Part shown: positions 24,713 to 36,401 of the stretch, in pieces
Position numbering within the stretch: position 1 is the stretch's first letter
Layout: every line of letters starts with the position of its first letter
Source of the DNA: Styela clava
Lineage: Eukaryota
NCBI RefSeq assembly: GCF_964204865.1
Contig: NC_135258.1
Location: 10,230,001-10,294,000 of the forward strand
DNA: 64,000 nucleotides
Reading direction: 5' to 3'
Notes under the pieces: model-generated
What the model was told of the DNA's origin: nothing
The model's input: only the letters and a program-made list of their open reading frames with translations
Database searches by the model: none
Program-made: the position numbers and the translations under genes

Positions 24713-27700
24713 TTACGAAACCAATGCACCGGATTCAATTGGCAGTGATATTCCAGTAATATGTGGGGAAGAACACAAGAATAATATTCCATCTGCTATT
24801 GTCTTCGGCTCCATAAATCCGAACGGTTGAAGTTTTTCGAAGTCTGCTTTGCTCTATATAGAGTAAACGTATTTGTGGAAAATAAATAAAGAGTAAAGTG
24901 GGCAATGCTACTATACGCCTATGAAAATATTTTATAGAAGTTTTTTGTATGTGAATAAATTCAATAGTAATGGCATAAGTAAAGCAAGTGGATACAAAAA
25001 GATTTCTAAACTTACTTTTTCCAAGATATCTTCTGGTACAGTCCGTATCTCTGTATTTGCTTCATTGTTTGTTACAACAGTTCCTGGGCTTCAAGAGGTA
25101 AAAAAATTATTATATAGTATAATATTAAAAAGAAAATCTAGAGCTGCAAGAATAGGCACTATGTTCAAGTCTGAAAGGCCAAAATTGAAATTTTCGTTAT
25201 AGTTAAAAAAACGTAAAAATAAAAGTAAAATTTTGCATTTATTTATCAAAATTAAAACATGAATTTTTGCACCAAGCGAGATGAAGCCAAATGTTTCAGA
25301 ATTTAGGATTTTGAAACTAAAGTTTTAAAGTGTTAACACAGAAAACATTTTGGGTGAAGTAACTTTGGTCTCTTACTCTAACCCTTACTTGACACTGTTA
25401 ACTCGAATACCAAAGGGGCTACATTCCGCCGCAAATCCTCTAGTAAAATGATCCAATGCGCATTTCAACATTCCATAATGTACTTTTCGTGTAGCGTTAA
25501 AATGACGCAACCCAAGAAGACTCGAAACATTGACAACGCAACCTGAAATATATTTTTATTTCTTTTAATTATTTTTTTATAGTTACTATACTAGATCTTC
25601 GGCTTATAAGTTTTGCTTTGAGACTTTTGAGTATCAAAGATTCTACCTCGTTGAAGTCGATTTTTTCATATCACTGGAGCAACTTACTATTTTCAAAAGA
25701 ACCGAAATCGTTTCGGTTCGCCATTGCTTTCACAATTTATTACACTATGATTAGCTGGTGTGCATAGGATTTGCCCCCAACAAGTGTAACTGCGATGACA
25801 ACACAGTCAAATCAAATGCTTTAACCGCCTCAGTACGAAAAGTGACAACTTTCAAATATACCACAGGACACGTGTAACTCGAGTGAATGATTTGATTCGA
25901 CATGAATTTCGATGGCGAGTCATGAGTTTTATAGTCAACTGGGCGATTTTAATTTGCAGTCAGTTGCCTAAATCCAACCCGAGCACTTCAGAAGAAGATA
26001 TACAGGAAAATGAGAAAGCTAGAAAAAAGTAACCACTCATTACTTCTCAAGTACATTTCTCACCTTTCGTTTTCTTTAAATGTGGCAACGCGAATTTACA
26101 AAGGAAGACTGGTGCTCGTAGATTCGTTCGATACAACAACTCAAAATCTTCAAGTTCCATCTAAATATATATCATGTTTGTTGTCGTAAAATTTATGTGA
26201 TTCATACGCTTATTAAACAAAATAGAATACTCTACTTACATCGGCAATGTAACCAAACAATCCACGGCCGGCATTGTTCACCAAGATATCGATGGAAGAA
26301 AATTTTTCGACGGTTTTACTAATTACGGTTCCCAGATTTTCAAATTCGGATAAATCTACAACGATTTCGAACACCTGTAAATTTACGAACTCATAATGTA
26401 CTGAGGTATATGCAGTCACTTCCAAGACGAATCGGATAAATAAATGGATATAGGAATTCTTAATTGTCCGCGATTGGATCGGAATTATTTCAGTTAGGTA
26501 TTTTAATGAAAAAAATATATCAAAGTGTGACAGTTACAATATCCCAGGGTCTTCATTAATTGAATGCTCATACTATGCAGTCTTCACAAATAAGCAGATT
26601 TTGCTCCCGCTATATTGAACAGGAGAGAAATGCTCAAACTTCCGAGTTTCGCGTAGCAAGAATTTACAGAATCAAACCGGACAGTCATAGTTCCCATGGA
26701 TAAAATAATACAGCGAAATTTTGGACGAAATATCAGATTCATACGAAATTTAGAAATGAATAAAAGTAATAGCCTTCCGGCAGAATCAATCTTCAACCAC
26801 TGAAAATTTTGAAGCAATTGGTCCAGTATTCGAAGAGAAAAACGATTTTTTTAATGATAACGATGATGAATAACAAGAACAACAACATAATATTGAAACG
26901 ATCGTTATGTCCACTAACGTGTCCAAAAACGAATTTTTTTGAATTACGTTCAGTGGTTATTTAATGTTCAATATTACCCCACTGAACTAAATAAAATAGT
27001 ATAAAAATAATACTTTAAATATATTTATAAAGTGAAAATATTTTCAAAATCAACAGACTTAAAAGGCTAGAAACCGTTTAGGATAGAATTCAATTATTCC
27101 CTTTTGAACAATTATCCCTAAATCACGGACTGTTTGGGATGTATAGATGCAATGAATAATGCGAGTTTGATCCGAACTAGTCCAATTATTCACGGCTGAG
27201 CTATAGAGTCTATCTTTATATGTCACTATAATAATCACCAACCTCTACCCCGGCATCTCGACATGCCTTTGCTGTATTTGCCAATCCTGCTTTTTCTTTG
27301 TCACAAATAGATAGGTTCGCCCCTTCTTTTGCAAATTCAATTGCGGTAGCTGCACCAATGCCGCTTGCTGCTCCTGTTGAGATAAACTAATTTATTTCAT
27401 GACAAATAGAGTAAATGCGCGGTTGCTTTTCGCAAGAGAACTTCTCAGAGCCTGTGAATTCTTAGTAAAGATAGTTAGTAACACTCAATTCCACGTAAAA
27501 AATGAATTCGTGCTAGCAGGTTCCAATGCTTCTTGCCGTCCATGATGGTTCATATATACGATTGCTCATTCCACCACCAAGTCCATTTCATCTGAATTCA
27601 ATACTCCTATCGTTGTTAATAGGAATCAAAGTTCGACATATTATTTAACTATCTTATCTGCTTTTCCCTCTGTAGTTCCCTACTCAGGTAATTCATCCCA

Positions 27701-27767
27701 AACCTGATGTTTTACACAATGCTTTCTTACCTGTAACGATCACAACCTTCCCAGTAAATCTACTCAT
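24713..27767 (-). CDS. Classical SDR oxidoreductase paralogue A; 7 exons: 27767-27731, 27373-27243, 26374-26240, 26160-26064, 25542-25389, 25088-25016, 24853-24713 (255 aa)
   Basis: MSRFTGKVVIVTGAASGIG...ICDK...NNAG...RTNLRAP...VNVSS...YGMLK...GIRVNSVNPG. GT-AG introns lie at positions homologous to the other SDRs. Confidence 0.92.
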
Positions 27768-28344
27768 AGTTTTTTGACGTGTTATACAGCCCAGTGGTTT
27801 CTGACTATAGACTTGTCATTAGGCATGTTTGCCGTGTCGCTGAATTGTTTGCTCTCAACAATGCTCAATGGCTGCACGCTTAAACAATGCTGACGTATGA
27901 TAAATTGAATCCCTTGGGGTTATAAGTATAACTCACGTATATACACGAATTAGAGTAATGGACCGTTTTGTAAAATTGTTGTAGTTGTATATCATGAGGG
28001 TAGCACTGAGTGAGTGTACAAGTGTCGCTCATTGAATAAATAGGAAAAATTACAAAGGGAAAACTAGTAAACAATGCATAATGCATGCCATAGCTATATA
28101 ACAGCCTGAAACTTAGATACTGACCCAGTGGCCAAAATTTATTTAAGTCTAATTTTATCGACAAGAAAATATGGCACTACTAAATATGATAAATGAATGT
28201 TCTTAAGCTTGATCCTGGCTAGTATTTCCAAAAAAATATAATTTTTCCAATCATTTTTATTTTGCATCTTCTATATTACAACATACACACACTGCTTTTA
28301 ACATTTATAGGACAATGCAATAACAGTATTTCCTCATATGCACA

Positions 28345-31300
28345 TCAAAGTTTGCTCAAAACTCCTGCATCTATTGGTAGACATATCCCAGTTATATGGC
28401 GCGACGAACATAAATATAATATTCCATCAGCTATCACAATTGGCTGCATATAACCAGGCATGGCCCGTTCTTTCATAAATTTTCTTATCTGTTAATAAAC
28501 ATTATATGCTTTACTTTAAAAACGACAGTGTTATCAGGAAATTGAAAACATGATCTATTGTGGATATTCATGCGAAATGATTAATATACCATGCACTTTT
28601 TGGCGTTCCAGAAATATGTGTACCAATATGGAGGTAACTAATTTTGTTCACCTAGTTTACATCAAGGAAGGGACTGAAGCCTATGAGAAGGGGGTATATT
28701 CACTTGGCTAACAAAAACAATCCACAAACTTGTAATAAAACTAAAATGAGTAAAATCGGAATAAAACTATGGCCTAACCATAACCTGGTACACATACTAC
28801 GGGAGTACCCACTTTTTTTATCAAGTTTCATATTTGATAAATTCTGAGTGGTCCCAACTTTAAACATACTACTCAGGCTTGTGAAATCTTAAGGAATTTA
28901 ACGAATGGTAAAATGGACATAGTTATTGGTATATATGTTTATACCTTTACGCCTTCATCTTTAGTTATTGGCTGTTCTGGCCGAATTCTCGTCATCACTG
29001 GACCTGGACTAATATAAACCAATAGAAATTTAATTTTTTATGATTCAGGTATCAATCAATATACAAACTTTCAATATAAATATGAGTTACCAATCTATTT
29101 TTTGCTGTTGCAACACAAATGATGGGAATTACATAAAAAATATAAAACATGGTTTCATACAAATCATCAAACCGATAAAAAGCATTACATATTTTAAAAA
29201 ATCATCTTGGGAGTTGTTTCGTCATTGGCAATGGTATCTATGATTCGCAGTTGCAAAAAGCCTACCATTTACAATAACCGCCATTTAAATTAAAATACTA
29301 ATATTCTGATACAAGTATCCACTCGTCAATATAAATTTTCATTTGTTTTAAAAATCTTGTTTATTTTCACAACAAATTATAGGCAAAGAACAAAAACATG
29401 TAACTTACTTGATACTATTTACGCGTATACCACACTCGAGACATTCTGCAGACATAAAAAATAAACCAAGATTCATAAATTCAATACGACAACTGGGTTT
29501 AGAATAAATAGGAAAAATACACAATGACAGCATTGTTCATGCAATAAATTGTAAACGACGAACCTGCAGCAAATCCCCTTGTAAAATAATCCAATGCACT
29601 TTTTAGCATACCATACGGAACAGATTTCAAGATGGGCATTGTGCGTAAACCGAGTATGCTTGACACGTTAACCACACATCCTAAAATCAGCATTTAAATA
29701 TAAATAACGTACAAACGAGAAATAAGATTATATACCATCATAAATACCTTTACTCTGCTTCAAATACGGGAAAGCATATTTGCAAAGAAAAACGGCAGCA
29801 AGAAGATTTGTTCTAAACAACTTTTCATAATGTTTAACCTCCAGCTGTAAAAAGATTCTGGTTTACTAGATACTAATCCGTTTTGCTTTTTTATCCCGTT
29901 CATATCCCTTCTACAACTTTTCTTCTCTATTTCAATGTAAATATGCGGTTATCTTATTCACAATTTTAAATTAATAAAGTATTATCTTTTAAGTTGTGTC
30001 ATTGAGTTAGCACTTACGTCCACAATAGACGAATAGGATCCAATACCGGCGTTGTTGATTAGGATGTCAATACCTTTGAAGTGTCCAACAGTTGTATTCA
30101 CGATGTGTTGCAAATGGTCAAAATCGGACACATCTCCGATTATTTCTACGACCTGTATGTCACATATAAACTCAGTTCAAATATATATCACAAAAGTAGT
30201 AATACAGCGATTTTAACGCCAAGTCGCCAACATACAACGCCATTTGTAAGGCTATTTTGACGACTCAGATATAGATGGTTTTAGATAGCTATATATATAT
30301 ATATATATATACCGACCTCTGACCCATTATCTTTACATATTTTAGCCGTTTCGTTCAACCTTGCCTTGTTTCTTCCACAGATCGCTAATTTGGCACCTTC
30401 TTTTGAAAATGCTACCGCGGTGGCTGCACCTATTCCACTGGAAGCTCCTAAAACATTTTAAGTTTAGTTTATCAAAACTCTATCTTGCTTCAAGCATTAA
30501 CTGTTCTTCATGCTGAATGTTTGAATATGCTTCGGCAGTATTATATATTTATCAAATGACACGATACAAATGGTATACAGCGGGAGTCGCAACCTACGGC
30601 TCGCGACGCTTCACTGAAATCATAGGCTCATTAAACGAGTAATTGTGACTTATATAATTCTTAGGTTATAATACAATTTTGTTTACACGTTTTTCGCAAT
30701 AAATTCTATTACATAAAGAATATAATCGTCAAAACAGCTGATTTGTTTCTGTATTTAATTATAATTAGACAAATGGCAACGAAACGCAGAAAAGTTGATG
30801 CTAAGTGAAAAGGGTTTAATAGCGCGGAAAATATTCAAATGGAACTTTTTGAGATGCAATGGGGAAATAAATCTATATTTTATTCACGAGATGTATCACT
30901 GCTTGACTTTTATTATAAAAAGTATCTTCTCCATAGAAAACTCTATCCAAATTTGACAAACCATGCGAAAAAAATTCATATGGATGCTTTGAAGTACATA
31001 TGCATGGTGCGGTCTTCGCGCGCTGCTTAAAATTAAACTTCTGATCTTTGTGAAAAAAAATGAGATTCATTGGCCATCAGTTCAGTTTTCAACTTTCTAA
31101 AAAATATGTGCGACCCACCAATGACTTGCAACCCCTAATTTTGGCCCGCCGGCGACAAAAAGTTGCCGACCTCTTGTATACAGTTTTTTTTTCAAAACTT
31201 TCCCCTTCTATAAGGAATATTACGCTTTCTCTGACGTTTTTCGATTTAACGTTTTTAAAACTTGTAAATGTGGTGTTACAAGCATTCAAAAGGCGAAGCA

Positions 31301-31391
31301 GAAATCTCAAATTATATCAGTTAACCTACAGATCCTCCTGCACCATGAACATACCTGTAATAATTACAACTTTTCCTCCAAATTTTGCCAT
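28345..31391 (-). CDS. Classical SDR oxidoreductase paralogue B; 8 exons: 31391-31355, 30447-30317, 30152-30018, 29844-29748, 29680-29564, 29445-29409, 29008-28945, 28488-28345 (253 aa)
   Basis: MAKFGGKVVIITGASSGIG...ICGRN...NNAG...RTNLLAA...VNVSS...YGMLK...GIRVNSINPG. Exon sizes 37/131/135/97/117/37/64 match the tandem copies. Confidence 0.92.
30581..31175. mobile_element. Degenerate hAT MITE in intron 1 of SDR paralogue B
   Basis: TSD GTATACAG at 30573-30580 and 31176-31183; degenerate TIR; shares internal sequence (GCTCATTAAACGAGTAATTGTG) with the element at 50888-51368. Confidence 0.78.
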
Positions 31392-34006
31392 AGCTTCTTT
31401 CACATCAAATTATAGCATTATTTACTTACCGTCGTAGTCGCACACGTACTTAGTACCAGCTTATTCAGCTACACGACTGACTGACTCGTGATAAGAAAAT
31501 CGCGTATAGTTTAATGGGCGTAAGTGTTAAAGTACTGATGGGAATGAATCGCGGAAAAATATTGCAGGGGACGACGTAATTTCGAACGACACAACTCCTT
31601 ATCGAATAGAACAACAAAACAGATCGTGTCAAATACTATGAAATAGATATGTTATTTGTGAATTTTATAGCAGTAAATCCGACGTCTTTTACAAACGTAG
31701 TCAATTATTTACAAAATTACTATAGGTTCAACTGATGGTAGTTTGTGCACACTGAATAAATCACAAACGCCTATGTCATTTGCGTCCATAATGAACAGAT
31801 CAAAGTAGCGGAATAGGCTGCGGGATATTTAAACACTCAAATTAAAATGCAAATCTGCAAAATATTTGCGAGAAATCAATAATGTTTTTACTTTGGAAAC
31901 CTTATTGATGAAACGTCTCTAAGCCTGAGAAGTGAAAAAGTTGCTGCTGAATTATTTGCTACCATACACTACTGTTTTTCAATGTTATTCTGCTGTGAAA
32001 TTTGAATATTCCAATGAAAGAACATCAAAAATAATCAAAATTACTATATAAAGCGAACATTTGATAGCAATCGTGAATAGTAACATGGGAAAGGTAATAG
32101 AGCAACATTATATATTCCTTCACACTCTTAATGAAATTCTTGTCAATGTATCAACCCTTCCTCACGAGTTATCACTGTCCCGGGCAAATGAGTATTAACG
32201 AACGCGTTTGGAACGTGTGCTTTCCGCCGACAAATCAAATCGGCGCTGACCAAAGGCGTTGTGGGATTACGAGGGAATCAACAGAGCGTAGAAGGTTGTA
32301 TTGTTGGGCGGCACGCACTTCCAAATGATGTACGCTTCTGTATTAGTCCAACTGAAGAGACTTACGCTATGAGTATTTCTTAGAGAGTTTGATATCTAAA
32401 AGAAAGAAATGCTAGAATAAAACAATGTATGGAGTGAAAACTATTGCGGTTGTTTGATTTAAAGTCATGCGACACAACAGTAAATTATTTATATCTTTGG
32501 TGTGTTTTGCATCTATTTAGCAACGTTAATTGTTAAAAATGTCGTTTTTGGATAGAAGACTAGCACTAACAAATTCTGAACGATCAATTCGACTAAGACA
32601 AACGTTTTTTCGCCGTCTTCAGTATACGGTCAATCCTAACAGTAACAATCAATTCTGGAGGAATAATTTATGATTAGTATGTCATAAGGGGCATTGTCAA
32701 GGTCAACATTTAACAATTAGCCTTGTATAGATGAACGTACGAAATTGTGGTTTGTCCGTTTCAATTTCCATTCGTTGGTTATAGTCTTTTGCATTTGGAT
32801 CGTATTAAAAGTCTTGAGAAACATGAAATCTTTGTGTTCACATATCGAACACTTCAAATATCACATATAGTATATATATATATACTGTAGTTAGTTGTAT
32901 CTGCTGTGCTGTAAATGTCTGTTACATAAATATTACATTTATTGATTTATAAGATATATTCTGAAAGTAGTGACTTATTTATTGCCGGTGAAGTCCGCTG
33001 ATATTTATAATATTCGAACTGTCAGTATAGATAGAGGATTAGTAGGTAGGCGCGATCCGAGTATACATCGATAGTTTAACAATAGAGCAATGATCAAATA
33101 TTTAGACACGACGACAAGGTCGATTGACGATCGCAATTTGAATAAGATATAAAAGTAATCCCTTTTTAGCGACTTATGCCATCTCCAAGTTTAGAATATT
33201 TAAAATCGATTAGCCTTCAGCCGAGAAAATCAAGTTTTAAAAACCCTGAGAACAACAACTATTCGGCAAAACGTTTCATAAATCCTCTTCGTGGTCAACA
33301 ATAGGTCGAAGGTATTTGTGTATAGTACACCAACGACTTCGCACACTTGAATGAACTCGCTACGGGCGAATTTTGGAATGCGGTTACAATCCACTCCTTA
33401 TAGCAGAATCACTAATAATGGACCACGATTACGCATCTTTTGTGATATATAGGGATATTAATTTGCTTATTCAGTTGATTAATTACTCGGTCGTAAATGC
33501 AACTGATTAACAGAAACAAAGTTTAAATTGAAGTGGCATACGTGGTAAATAAAGGCGATTCTTGCGTAATTCGTGGTGCGAAGCAGAGGCGGTTTTAGGT
33601 TTCACTTAGTGAATCAACCATTTCACATTATGCGAATTAATACAAACAACTCTGAACGACAACAATGAGACGCTGTGGAAAAAAATCGGTCAATTCAATG
33701 GCCTCGACGATCATAATACCGCGCGAGCCGTTGGAAACAAATTCGTCATCGCACAGATGAATTATTGTTAAATAATCGCCTGCGAGCAAAGTGCCATATT
33801 GGTCTTCTTATCTGGGTGATTCAAGCAACGACCTCGGTTTTCTCCATAGTCCAAGCCTGTGTATTTGTATGAATAAGGGAAATTTCATTTTAAGTATATT
33901 TGAACCCATACTAACCCTAACCCATGGGTTTTAACACCCGCATATAGATTGAACCCGCGGATATACACATGGGTTCAAATGTAGGGTCACCTTGTTTCTC
34001 AGTATC

Positions 34007-34324
34007 ATTTTTGTTTGTTTATATTTTAAACTTTTTAGCGTCCGGAAACTTTCCAAGTTCCTAATAAGGGCAGTCATTTGATAATTATTTGATATCAGAT
34101 ATGAGCTGTCCCGAGAATAAGAGTGTGTTTTTATATGTTCTGCGTTAATCTCGCCTGATATATGGATTTTTGTTTGTTTATATTTTAAACTTTTTAGCGT
34201 CCGGAAACTTTCCAAGTTCCTAATAAGGGCAGTCATTTGATAATTATTTGATATCAGATATGAGCTGTCCCGAGAATAAGAGTGTGTTTTTATATGTTCT
34301 GCGTTAATCTCGCCTGATATATGG
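34007..34324. repeat. Apparently perfect 159-bp tandem duplication upstream of the second GT-like gene
   Basis: ATTTTTGTTTGTTTATATTTTAAAC...CTCGCCTGATATATGG starts at 34007 and at 34166. Confidence 0.92.
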
Positions 34325-34640
34325 ATAAATGGTTTAAATGCTATAAATGGTTTTCTAAATCTTTTCCGCTATCACGCTAGTTTACTTCAATAGTTTTTAT
34401 CCAAGTAAAATCCCACTGAATTGTTATATTCCTATTTTTCGTTACTGATGTTATTGTTATTATTTCGCGTAACGATGATTGGGGGCAAAGGAACTTGGGA
34501 TCTTCTGTAAAAAGCCCCCTCAATAAAAATGAAAAAATAAAAAAAACATAACGCCCTAGTTCGGCGATCGCCACGTTAGTTGTTACCAACAGTCAACACG
34601 GTACACTTATGTAATTCCATGTATTTTCTTTTACGAAAGC

Positions 34641-36401
34641 ATGAATAGAAAAGCACATTTATGCTTATGTATGATTCAAAAATATTCAATCTTCCTCATG
34701 TTATTGACGGCCGCAATTTTCGGCGCATTTTGCCGCCAGTGGATTGAAGAAGAATATCATAAGGACATTTACACATTTATTATACTCACGAAAGTACGGA
34801 TGGGGGAGACTGCAGAAAAAATGAACCACATTTGGAGTGACTCTTATAAAGTGACCGAAGATAGAAAATTTGAATCCATTTCCTCGCATGTTTTTGATAT
34901 ATCTAACCACCTTACAGAGTTGAGAAAATCAAGAGAATGTATTGCGTGTCAGACGATAGACAACACACTATGTGATAAATACCCAGGAAGATATGGCTGC
35001 CCTTCTTACATCATGACTGGTATATTACTTTCCAATCGAGTGGGATATACTAAATTTACGTCGTCTGTTATTCGAAAATATAACAACTTAGCAGATATCG
35101 ATATCCATTTGTTCGGCGACAGTTCTGACAAATTTGACCTAAAAACATTACGTGCATGGTACGGCGGTGGAGTAAAGTACCATGGTACAAACGCCGCTAG
35201 GTCAAGAAGTGAGAAGATTCAGTTCTTGCTTGAAATTTTCACCAAATCGAAGTATAAATTACTGATGTTACTGCATGATGATATAGTTCTGTTAAAAGAT
35301 TGGATGGGTTTCATTGAGAAATATATAACACATACAGACGGTTTACTTTCACTTTATCATCCATCTGTGAACCATAGTTTTGCTTATGATTGTAAAAAGC
35401 TCCGAGGCGATTTGTGTGTTGGGGATTTAATAGAAGATTCTGGATTCGTTCTGACAAAATCAATTGCCAAGTTATGGCTTTCTAAAATAAGCAGTTCAAC
35501 TTCCGCACATGCATTAAAAGAACTTCTTCGTACAAATTCAATTCGAATATTATATCCAGTCAAGTCTCTTATGATGTACATCGGTCAGAAAGACCAAGAT
35601 AAAGAAAATTGCGGGATGAATGAAGTAGCTCATAGATTCAATCGTTGCGAATATCCATCATGGATAAAAGAACAAATTGAGTTTTATTTTGACAGATGCA
35701 CGAGTCGGGATGAGATTTATCCAGATGATCCAGACTCTGAGGAATTTGAAACAAAAATGAGAAAGCGATCTTGGGTTCGACCAGCAATTTCCTATTCCTT
35801 TTATGGATACAAAACAAGATATGTGGCAATTGCTTTGGGTAATGCTGCTCGAGTGTCGAGTACATATCCTGGGTGGAAAATGTGGGTTTATCACGATAAA
35901 TCAGTTCCCATTCCTTATCTAGAAACATTCTGCCAACACGATGTTAAACTTGTACAAATGTCAAAATCTACCTTTGTGAATGAAATGACTTGGCGTTTTC
36001 TTATAGCTTCCGAACCAGTCAAAAGATGGATAATTCGAGATATTGACTCACATTTACTTCACAGAGGAAAGGCGGCTGTAGATGAATGGATTGCCTCTGG
36101 CAAAAAATTTCATATTGTCAAAGAAGATGTAGAGCACACAAAACATCCAATAAACGGAGGAAGCTTTGGTGGAACTCATGATGCAATTCCTACAATGAGA
36201 GACGAACTACAAAAATTTGACTTATCAAATGCTTACATGGAAGATATGCGATTTCTAAGATTAATTGTGTGGCCTATTGCTAAAAAGTCTTACTGGATAA
36301 ACGAAGAATTTCCGACCCACGCATATGGAGAAGGTCATCCTTTTCCCACGAAACGGGTAGCACCCTGGGCTTTCGTATGTAACGTAATATTGTGGCCATA
36401 G
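34641..36401 (+). CDS. Intronless type II membrane two-domain glycosyltransferase-like protein, paralogue of 19579-21315 (586 aa)
   Basis: Uninterrupted ORF; TM helix IFLMLLTAAIFGAFC. Collinear with the first copy (TLCDKYPGRYGCPSY, LSLYHPSVNHSFAYDC, RPAISYSFYGYKTRY, WRFL, RDIDS, AAVDEW). Confidence 0.88.
   Translation: MNRKAHLCLCMIQKYSIFLMLLTAAIFGAFCRQWIEEEYHKDIYTFIILTKVRMGETAEKMNHIWSDSYKVTEDRKFESISSHVFDISNHLTELRKSRECIACQTIDNTLCDKYPGRYGCPSYIMTGILLSNRVGYTKFTSSVIRKYNNLADIDIHLFGDSSDKFDLKTLRAWYGGGVKYHGTNAARSRSEKIQFLLEIFTKSKYKLLMLLHDDIVLLKDWMGFIEKYITHTDGLLSLYHPSVNHSFAYDCKKLRGDLCVGDLIEDSGFVLTKSIAKLWLSKISSSTSAHALKELLRTNSIRILYPVKSLMMYIGQKDQDKENCGMNEVAHRFNRCEYPSWIKEQIEFYFDRCTSRDEIYPDDPDSEEFETKMRKRSWVRPAISYSFYGYKTRYVAIALGNAARVSSTYPGWKMWVYHDKSVPIPYLETFCQHDVKLVQMSKSTFVNEMTWRFLIASEPVKRWIIRDIDSHLLHRGKAAVDEWIASGKKFHIVKEDVEHTKHPINGGSFGGTHDAIPTMRDELQKFDLSNAYMEDMRFLRLIVWPIAKKSYWINEEFPTHAYGEGHPFPTKRVAPWAFVCNVILWP

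Noticed and set aside
33931-34236. 101-aa ORF with an internal repeat
   Set aside because: By-product of the 159-bp (53-codon) tandem duplication.
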